A stretch of DNA of 63,601 nt, counting the filler. It is 5 parts of 5 records of this genome, joined end to end, with 100 filler letters (N's around TTAATTAATTAA, not from the genome) between each part and the next. Parts side by side here need not be neighbours in the genome. Positions count along the whole stretch, not along the records: positions 51,681 to 57,401 come from SRR31156797_4965; positions 57,502 to 63,601 come from SRR31156797_5001; 3 more parts are not named here. The stretch is one strand, 5' to 3'. The notes under the pieces were generated by a model that saw nothing but the letters and a program-made list of their open reading frames with translations, was not told the origin of the DNA and made no database searches. This document shows positions 56,611 to 63,601 of the stretch, piece by piece (within the stretch, counting starts at the first letter, position 1; each line of letters begins with the position of its first letter). A program made the position numbers and the translations under genes.

Positions 56611-57401
56611 ATGTCAGAAAAAACCTTATTTACATCTTCAACAAATTTGCCACCTCTTGCAGCTCGCATGAGGCCGACGGCCTTATCACATTTTGCGGGA
56701 CAGGAACATCTGGTCGCAGAAGGTAAATTCGTCCAAAATATGATCAATTCTCACGCGCTGTTCTCCCTTGTACTTTGGGGTCCTCCCGGTACCGGCAAAA
56801 CAACCTTAGCGCGTATTATTGCAAAATCTGCAGACGCTGTTTTTTATGAACTATCGGCTGTTTCTGCATCCGTGAAAGACGTCCGCGAGATCATTCGCAA
56901 ATCTATTTCTCACCAACAAATGGGACGCAAGACCCTGCTCTTTATCGATGAGATCCATCGCTTTAACAAGAGTCAGCAGGATGCTCTTTTGCACGCCGTG
57001 GAGAACGGCGAAGTCGTCATGATCGGTGCAACCACCGAGAATCCCTCATTCGAAGTAATCTCACCTTTGCTTTCAAGATGTCGCATCCTTAAGCTTCAGG
57101 CCATAGAAGAAAAAGACCTGCTCGAGCTGATCGATAGAGCCATCAAAGAAGATATAGTTTTATCCAGATACAAGATCAAGATCTCTAAAGATGTTAAACA
57201 TTTTCTGATCATGTCTTCAGGCGGAGACGCACGCAAGATGTACAACACACTAGATATAACAACGCAGTTAGTACGCGGAGAAGACGCAGGAAGCACCTCT
57301 TTCGAAATTACGAAAGAAAATATTCAGACAGCACTGCAGGAGCGCGCCTTGTTGTATGACAAGGATGGTGACTATCATTACGATACCATCTCGGCTTTTA
57401 T
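56611..57401 (+). CDS. rarA: Replication-associated recombination protein A (3'-truncated)
   Basis: PLAARMRP; LWGPPGTGKTT; FIDEIHRFNKSQQD; GATTENP; YDKDGDYHYDTISAF. Confidence 0.93.
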
Positions 57402-57501
57402 NNNNNNNNNNNNNNNNNNNNNNNNNNNNNNNNNNNNNNNNNNNNTTAATTAATTAANNNNNNNNNNNNNNNNNNNNNNNNNNNNNNNNNNNNNNNNNNN
57501 N
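57402..57501. other. Artificial contig linker
   Basis: N run containing TTAATTAATTAA. Confidence 0.97.
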
Positions 57502-57502
57502 A

Positions 57503-58066
57503 GGAATTACTGAACCTCTTGAGTTCTCATTCTTATTCGTTGCTCCAGTTTTATACGGAATTCATGTTGTAATTGCAGGAACTTCGTTCATGTTGATGAA
57601 TATGTTAAATGTAAGGATTGGTATGACATTCTCTGGAGGACTTATCGATTACGTAATGTTCGGTGTTCTTCCTAACAGAACTCCATGGGTCTGGGTAATA
57701 ATCGTAGGACTTGTATTCGCAGTAATTTACTACTTCCTATTCAGATTCGTTATCAGAAAATGGGATCTAAAAACTCCTGGTAGAGAAGAAGAGGATGTTG
57801 AAGAAGAGTCTACTCACTTAAGCGGACATGAATTAGGTGTACTAGTAATGGATGCATTAGGTGGAAAAGAAAACCTTAAAACAGTTGATTCTTGTATCAC
57901 AAGATTAAGAGTTGAAGTAGGAAACACTGAAGTTATTAACGACGGTGAATTAAAGAAACTTGGAGCAGCCGGTGTATTAAAAGTTGGATCAAACGGTGTA
58001 CAAGTAATATTCGGAGCAAAGGCACAGTTCATTGCAAACGATATAAATAAAATGATTAGAAACTAA
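57503..58066 (+). CDS. PTS glucose/GlcNAc-family EIICB, C-terminal part (5'-truncated)
   Basis: GITEPLEF EIIC motif; KTPGRE linker; DSCITRLR EIIB phospho-Cys. Confidence 0.9.
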   Translation, partial: GITEPLEFSFLFVAPVLYGIHVVIAGTSFMLMNMLNVRIGMTFSGGLIDYVMFGVLPNRTPWVWVIIVGLVFAVIYYFLFRFVIRKWDLKTPGREEEDVEEESTHLSGHELGVLVMDALGGKENLKTVDSCITRLRVEVGNTEVINDGELKKLGAAGVLKVGSNGVQVIFGAKAQFIANDINKMIRN

Positions 58067-58154
58067 GTGATGTATAAACGAGTTGTTTCTTCATAATAAA
58101 TTCTCCATAGATTAACTCCTTTGGCTAATATTATCAAGTATTGCCAAACCATCC

Positions 58155-58181
58155 AAAGCCCTTAGTTTCTAAGGGCTTTTG
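58155..58181 (+). terminator. Intrinsic terminator
   Basis: AAAGCCCTTAG/CTAAGGGCTTT stem. Confidence 0.65.
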
Positions 58182-58228
58182 TTATACGATTTTATTTAGA
58201 ATACAAATTATAAAAGGGGGTCTTTGTT

Positions 58229-59080
58229 ATGAAAAATATAATAAAATTCTTAATGGTTTTTCTCGGAATATTTACATTTACATTTTCTCAAATAGAGATT
58301 AAATATCCTAATATCGATGGATTAGGTGAAGATTCATTTGGATTCCAATTATTAAAACTGGTACTTAGCAAAACAGAAAAAGATTATCTTGTAATTTTAG
58401 AAAAAAACTCAATGAATCAAAACAGAGCATTTCTTGAAATAGAAAAAGGTACTCTGGATGTTGTTGATTCCGGTATAAATTCAGATGCAGAAAAGAGATT
58501 TAATCCTGTCTATATCCCCATCGACAGAGGTTTATTAGGATGGAGAATTTTTATAATTTGCAAAGAACAAAAAGATGATTTCGCGAAAATTAAAAATTTA
58601 AATGATTTAAGAAAAAAAGTTGCAGGGCAAGGGATCGGCTGGACAGATAAAACTATCATTGAAAATGCAGGAATTAAAGTTCTTACTTCACCAAAACTTG
58701 AGCTATTGGTAAACATGGTTGAAAAAGGACGTTTTGATTTTTTACCACTTGGCGCAAATGAAACTCACGGTGTATTAAAGAAATTTGGTAAAAACAGCCA
58801 AAAATTAGTTATTGATGAAAATATTGTTTTAGTTTACCCTTTTGCCAGAATTTTTTATGTCAGTAAAGAGGAGCCTGAGCTTCATTCAGATATTATTCTG
58901 GGACTAGAGAGAGCATTCGAAGATGAAAGTTACCAAAATTTTATTATGAATCATCCTTTTTTCAAAGAAGGATTAGAAAAAGCAAATTTGAATAACAGAA
59001 CTATTATTAGAATTGATAATCCGTTTTTTAGTGAAAACTTAAAAAACATTGATGAAAAATGGTGGTATAAAGTTAAATAA
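58229..59080 (+). CDS. Periplasmic solute-binding-protein-like, paralog 1
   Basis: Signal peptide; YIPIDRGLLGWR; GQGIGWTD; GRFDFLPLG. Confidence 0.7.
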   Translation: MKNIIKFLMVFLGIFTFTFSQIEIKYPNIDGLGEDSFGFQLLKLVLSKTEKDYLVILEKNSMNQNRAFLEIEKGTLDVVDSGINSDAEKRFNPVYIPIDRGLLGWRIFIICKEQKDDFAKIKNLNDLRKKVAGQGIGWTDKTIIENAGIKVLTSPKLELLVNMVEKGRFDFLPLGANETHGVLKKFGKNSQKLVIDENIVLVYPFARIFYVSKEEPELHSDIILGLERAFEDESYQNFIMNHPFFKEGLEKANLNNRTIIRIDNPFFSENLKNIDEKWWYKVK

Positions 59081-59115
59081 GTTTAAGAATTAATTTTAGA
59101 AAGAGAGGTAATTTT

Positions 59116-59967
59116 ATGAAAAAATTTGTAATATTTTTATTGTCTTTAATTTTAACAGCTAATATCTTTGCAGAAAAAACAGTCTCGTATCCTAATATCA
59201 ACGGATTAGGTGAAAACTCATTTGGGTTCCAATTATTGAAACTTGTATTAAACAAAGTAGATACTGATTATAATGTTAAAATCACTCCACAGGAGATGAA
59301 TCAAGACAGAGCATTTACTGAACTGGAAAAGGGAAGTCTGGCAGTAGTTGATTCCGGTATAGGTAAAAAAATTGAATCTAGATTTTCACCTGTTTATATC
59401 CCTATCGATATGGGATTAACAGGATGGAGAATCTTTATCATTCACAAAGATCAAACAGATGATTTCGCAGCAATAGAAACTCTAAGTGATCTTAAGAGAA
59501 AAGTTGCAGGACAAGGTACCGGTTGGACAGACGGACTGATTATTAAAAATTCAGGAATCAAAGTAACAACTTCACCAAAAATTGATCAGCTAATTAAAAT
59601 GGTAAACGGTAAACGTTTTGATTTCTTCCCATTAGGAGTTAATGAAACTCATGGATTCCTAAAGCAATTTGGTAAAAACACCCCTAATCTTGTTATCGAT
59701 GATCACGTAGTATTAGTTTATCCCTTTGGTAGATTATACTATGTCAAAAAAGGTAATGAGCAACTCCATGCTGATATAACTAAAGGACTAGAGATGGCTT
59801 ATGCAGATGGAAGTTTTGAAAACTTCATTATGAATCATCCATTCTTCAAAGAGGGACTTGAAAAATCTGATCTAAAAAGCAGAGCAATTATCAAAATTGA
59901 TAATCCGTTTATGACTAATGAATTCAAAAATATTGATGAAAAATGGTTCTACAAACTAGACAAATAA
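59116..59967 (+). CDS. Periplasmic solute-binding-protein-like, paralog 2
   Basis: Same length (283 aa) as and collinear with paralog 1. Confidence 0.7.
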   Translation: MKKFVIFLLSLILTANIFAEKTVSYPNINGLGENSFGFQLLKLVLNKVDTDYNVKITPQEMNQDRAFTELEKGSLAVVDSGIGKKIESRFSPVYIPIDMGLTGWRIFIIHKDQTDDFAAIETLSDLKRKVAGQGTGWTDGLIIKNSGIKVTTSPKIDQLIKMVNGKRFDFFPLGVNETHGFLKQFGKNTPNLVIDDHVVLVYPFGRLYYVKKGNEQLHADITKGLEMAYADGSFENFIMNHPFFKEGLEKSDLKSRAIIKIDNPFMTNEFKNIDEKWFYKLDK

Positions 59968-59984
59968 ATAAAAAGATAAACATC

Positions 59985-60016
59985 AAAACCGGGGATTTTA
60001 TATCGCCGGTTTTTTT
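59985..60016 (+). terminator. Intrinsic terminator
   Basis: AAAACCGG...CCGGTTTTTTT. Confidence 0.7.
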
Positions 60017-60137
60017 ATTAGTGTCGCGGCGACACTTTTTCTAATTATTATTTTAGAGCACAAACTATAGGCGTATCCTGATTAATTTGATAAAATATAT
60101 AAAACTATAATGATTGTCTAAATCTAAAGGAGTTATT

Positions 60138-63100
60138 ATGCCAAAATTAAGAGAAGAACTGCAGAGAAAAGATAATGAATATAATAATACAGTTAATAAA
60201 AAAATTCTAAACATAGATAATTATAAAGAAAATCTTATTGATACTTATTTAAACTTATCACTAAAAGATATTGATAAGTTAAGTTATGAGGATCTGTTAT
60301 CTCTTCAGGATAATTTATTACACAAAGAAAACTTTGCTTTTCCATTAAGAAAAATAATTTTTTCTGATTCTCAAACTGCTAATTTAAACTCTGTAGATAG
60401 TGATTTTGAAATTAAAAAAAACAAACTAATTCTCAATGAGAAAACAAAATATCAAAATTTTTTTAGGGAATTAAAAAATGAACTCAGGACGTGTAGTGAG
60501 TTTTATTTTATGATTAGTTTTATTCGTATGTCAGGATTACAATTAATTCTTAGTGAACTAAAAGAGTTGGAAGAAGCAGGAATAAAGGGGAAAATTATTA
60601 CTTCAACTTATCTGAATATAACAGAACCAAAAGCATTAAAAAAACTAATGGATTTTGAGAATTTAGAAGTAAAGATTTATGATAGTTCAAAAGAGAGTTT
60701 TCATACAAAAGCTTATCTTTTTAAACGACATGAAAAAAATATGAGTACATCTATTATTGGTTCTTCAAATTTATCTCACAGTGCTCTTCATACGGGTAAT
60801 GAGTGGAATATTAAAACCTATGATGCTCCGTATCTAAATATTTATAAGAGAGCTGAAGAGGAGTTTTTTAAGCTTTGGGAAAGTGATAAAACAGATCTTT
60901 TAGATAATAATCTCCTAGAAGCCTATACTAAATTTTTTAAAGATAAACAAGAGATCAAAAGTTTTAATTTCAGAGAAATTAAAAGAAACTCTAACTCAAT
61001 CGAACCAAACATCATGCAAGAAAATATTTTGAATAATCTTATTGAAACCAGAAAAATCGGAAATAAAAAAGCCGTTGTTATTGCTGCAACAGGGACAGGT
61101 AAAACATATCTTTCAGCATTTGATATCAAAAACTTTAAAGCTAAAAAAGTTCTATTCCTAGCTCATAGAGAGGAACTTTTAGATAACGCTATTAAGAGTT
61201 ACAAAAGACTACTCAGCATAAATAGTCATGGTAAACTAACTATGAATTTCAAGGATTATGATGCTGACTATCTTTTTGCAACTGTGCAGAGTATGTCTAA
61301 ACTTATTAAAGAAAATAGTAAAATCATTTATTCACAGGAAGAGTTTGATTATATTGTTGTTGATGAATTCCATCATGCAGCTGCTGATTCATATAAAAGA
61401 ATCTTGGATTACTTCAAGCCAAAGTTTCTACTTGGTTTAACTGCAACTCCTGAAAGAGCAGATGGAAAAGATATTCTGGAATTATGTGACTATAATATTG
61501 CTGGTGAAATAAGATTAAAGCAAGCCCTTGAAAAAGAGTTGTTAGTACCGTTTCACTATTTTGGAATAAACGATAATATTATTGATTATGATGAACTTAC
61601 AATAAAAAATGGTAAGTACAATGAGCAGGAGTTAACTAAAAAACTTAACATGAATAAACGTGTTGAATTAATTATAGAAAAGATAAAACTATATGATTAT
61701 GATGGTGATAAACTTAAAGCACTTGCATTTTGCATAAATAAAGAGCATGCAAAGTTTATGAGCTCAGAACTTAATAAAAACGGCTATAACGCTGAATATA
61801 TTATTGCTGATCATAATCAAAAAAAGAGACAGAATATTTTGTCTAAATTCACTAAGGGTGAGATTGAAATTATCTGTTGCGTTGATATATTTAATGAAGG
61901 CGTTGATATACCTGAACTAAATATGTTACTATTTTTGAGACCAACAGAATCAGCAACTATTTTCATTCAGCAACTAGGGAGAGGTTTGAGAAAGAATAAA
62001 AATAAAGATTATGTTACTGTATTGGACTTTATCGGTAATCACAATAAAGCATTCTTAATCCCGCTTGCTTTTGCATCAAATAACGGAGAGATGTCAAATG
62101 TCGATATAAGGCATCTCAAGAGAGAGATTGAGAATCAATTTGCTGATGTTTCCGGGCATTCCTATATAGAGCTTGATCGTATCTGCCAAAAGCGAATATT
62201 AAGCAAATTGGAAACTCTGAAAATCAACTCAAGCTCATATTTAAAAGATGCATATGAAGAGATGAGAAAAACTAAAAATCGAAGTATTGAGTATTTTGAT
62301 TTTTTAACAGAAAAAGAGATGCATATAGAGCAGTTTATTAATAAATACAAAAGTTTTATAAAATTCAAATGCAATATAGATGATAATACTGATATTGAAA
62401 AAGAAATTTTGGGTAACCAAGAGGCATTTAAGTTTATTAAGGTTCTCGAAAATATGCTTCCTGTTAAATGGATATATCATTTTATGATAATTAAACAAGT
62501 TATTAAAACTCAAAGCAAAGTAAAACTTCAAAGCTTGTTAAAACAGACAGCTCTTGAGCAAGCAAATATAAAGCTTAATTTAGCACAACATAGATCGTTA
62601 TTTATTCGTGCAATGAGGGAGCTTGATTATGAGTATGAGATACTTGATTATGAAGTTACCGAAAAGAATAAGCATACAATAAAACTTAAAAATAGATTTA
62701 ATATAATTTTTGAAAACAAAAACTTTAAGGAGTTTGTCTTGATATTAATAAAGTATGGATTAAAAAAATACTCGCTTGATTTTTTAACTGAAAACGAAAA
62801 TATTAATAAGAGACTTATAAATTATAAAGAGTATTCCAGAGCAGAATTACAATATATTTTGGAATCTAACGCTCAAAAAGGAAGTTGGAGAGCAGGTTAC
62901 TCTATTGCTGAAAATAATATCTGCCTGTTTATAACTATGAATAAGGATAAAGAGATTCCAGAGCATTTAAACTATGATAATTTCTTTTATAAGCAAGAGA
63001 TTGTGCAATGGATCAGTCAAAATAAAACATCTCATTCATCACCTATAGGTAAACTTTTTGTTGAACATAAACAAGAAGAGTCTAACGTGCATATTTTTGT

Positions 63101-63254
63101 TAGAAAATATTCTAATTTCAACGGTGATACCATGGAATTTACTTATTTAGGTGAAGCTGATTATTATTCAAGTCATGGCGATAAACCAATGTATATTAAA
63201 TGGCAACTAAAAAATAAAATACCGGATTATCTATATCTGGAGTTTATAGAGTAA
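60138..63254 (+). CDS. PLD nuclease-SF2 helicase-DUF3427 protein (SauUSI-like type IV restriction candidate)
   Basis: FHTKAY...IGSSNLS PLD motif; ATGTGKT; DEFHH; TATPER; QQLGRGLR; C-terminal YDNFF...WISQN...F.YLG; AGGAG before ATG 60138. Confidence 0.85.
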   Translation: MPKLREELQRKDNEYNNTVNKKILNIDNYKENLIDTYLNLSLKDIDKLSYEDLLSLQDNLLHKENFAFPLRKIIFSDSQTANLNSVDSDFEIKKNKLILNEKTKYQNFFRELKNELRTCSEFYFMISFIRMSGLQLILSELKELEEAGIKGKIITSTYLNITEPKALKKLMDFENLEVKIYDSSKESFHTKAYLFKRHEKNMSTSIIGSSNLSHSALHTGNEWNIKTYDAPYLNIYKRAEEEFFKLWESDKTDLLDNNLLEAYTKFFKDKQEIKSFNFREIKRNSNSIEPNIMQENILNNLIETRKIGNKKAVVIAATGTGKTYLSAFDIKNFKAKKVLFLAHREELLDNAIKSYKRLLSINSHGKLTMNFKDYDADYLFATVQSMSKLIKENSKIIYSQEEFDYIVVDEFHHAAADSYKRILDYFKPKFLLGLTATPERADGKDILELCDYNIAGEIRLKQALEKELLVPFHYFGINDNIIDYDELTIKNGKYNEQELTKKLNMNKRVELIIEKIKLYDYDGDKLKALAFCINKEHAKFMSSELNKNGYNAEYIIADHNQKKRQNILSKFTKGEIEIICCVDIFNEGVDIPELNMLLFLRPTESATIFIQQLGRGLRKNKNKDYVTVLDFIGNHNKAFLIPLAFASNNGEMSNVDIRHLKREIENQFADVSGHSYIELDRICQKRILSKLETLKINSSSYLKDAYEEMRKTKNRSIEYFDFLTEKEMHIEQFINKYKSFIKFKCNIDDNTDIEKEILGNQEAFKFIKVLENMLPVKWIYHFMIIKQVIKTQSKVKLQSLLKQTALEQANIKLNLAQHRSLFIRAMRELDYEYEILDYEVTEKNKHTIKLKNRFNIIFENKNFKEFVLILIKYGLKKYSLDFLTENENINKRLINYKEYSRAELQYILESNAQKGSWRAGYSIAENNICLFITMNKDKEIPEHLNYDNFFYKQEIVQWISQNKTSHSSPIGKLFVEHKQEESNVHIFVRKYSNFNGDTMEFTYLGEADYYSSHGDKPMYIKWQLKNKIPDYLYLEFIE

Positions 63255-63256
63255 CT

Positions 63257-63297
63257 AAAATCAGCAGGTAGACTTAGTAACTCTACCTGCTGATTTT
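63257..63297. terminator. Bidirectional terminator
   Basis: Perfect 16-bp stem AAAATCAGCAGGTAGA/TCTACCTGCTGATTTT between convergent genes. Confidence 0.8.
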
Positions 63298-63310
63298 TTA
63301 GTTATAAATT

Positions 63311-63484
63311 TTATTTTACTGAATAAAAGCATCTTTTAGGAGAGTAAATTTTCTCCTCTTTTTTAAGTTCTTTTATAGCTTTATCAACATCTTTTTTCTC
63401 TACTTCAAGATTTTCAGCTATTTGTCCACCTTTTAATGGTTCAGACTTTTCTAATAATTCAACAATTTTCTCTTTTAATTCCAT
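63311..63484 (-). CDS. 57-aa winged-helix-like small protein (absent from ORF track)
   Basis: AGGAGGT RBS; MELKEKIVELLEKSEPLKGGQIAENLEVEKKDVDKAIKELKKEEKIYSPKRCFYSVK. Confidence 0.75.
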   Translation of the reverse strand: MELKEKIVELLEKSEPLKGGQIAENLEVEKKDVDKAIKELKKEEKIYSPKRCFYSVK

Positions 63485-63601
63485 AAAATTACCTCCTAAT
63501 TATTTTGTAATCATTTTAAATTTGTATTCATTTTACAACAAATCAATATAAAAATCAAGAAAAAATTTAAGAATCGTAGGGGTAAATTCTATATTTACCC
63601 G

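Noticed and set aside
28428-57501. Four TTAATTAATTAA motifs in N-runs as biological repeats
   Set aside because: Identical 100-nt synthetic spacers with stops in all frames; they join unrelated contigs.
1-63601. rRNA, tRNA, CRISPR arrays, IS transposases or integrases
   Set aside because: None recognised by eye; a tRNAscan/Infernal/CRISPR scan would be needed to exclude short RNAs.

Overview
The window is not one genome. It is five unrelated contigs joined by artificial 100-nt linkers (N-runs containing TTAATTAATTAA) at 28428-28527, 44313-44412, 51581-51680 and 57402-57501. (1) 1-28427: AT-rich Bacteroidota, probably Bacteroidia. It carries the prfB 3' end, arsC, a candidate phosphate-starvation lipid-remodelling cluster, a degenerate PhnW-like gene, an ECF pair, a GH27 enzyme, an ECF/FecR/SusC/SusD locus, and mutA-[four-helix-bundle gene]-mutB. 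(2) 28528-44312: GC-rich alphaproteobacterium (Rhodospirillales-like) with housekeeping genes comF, grxC, ubiG, lysC, ptsP, rodZ, ispG, hisS and glutamyl-tRNA reductase. Its left edge holds a lower-GC island encoding a stand-alone group II intron-like reverse transcriptase (YADD) with no intron domain V/VI, preceded by a long RNA hairpin that buries its ribosome-binding site. This RT plus structured-RNA unit is the best candidate for an undescribed system, but its 5' part is cut off by the contig edge. (3) 44413-51580: a second Bacteroidota contig (GH43 fragment, CE2-like esterase, glyA, TauE, COG0523 GTPase, AEC transporter). (4) 51681-57401: an FCB-group-like contig (CotH kinase, FMN-binding protein, adenine deaminase, rarA). 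(5) 57502-63601: a very AT-rich bacterium (PTS EIICB, two tandem solute-binding proteins, a SauUSI-like PLD-helicase-DUF3427 protein). The second notable signal is a four-helix-bundle gene enclosed by inverted heptamer-based repeats, with similar heptamer tracts in other contigs. All family and taxon calls come from motif recognition by eye; no searches were run.
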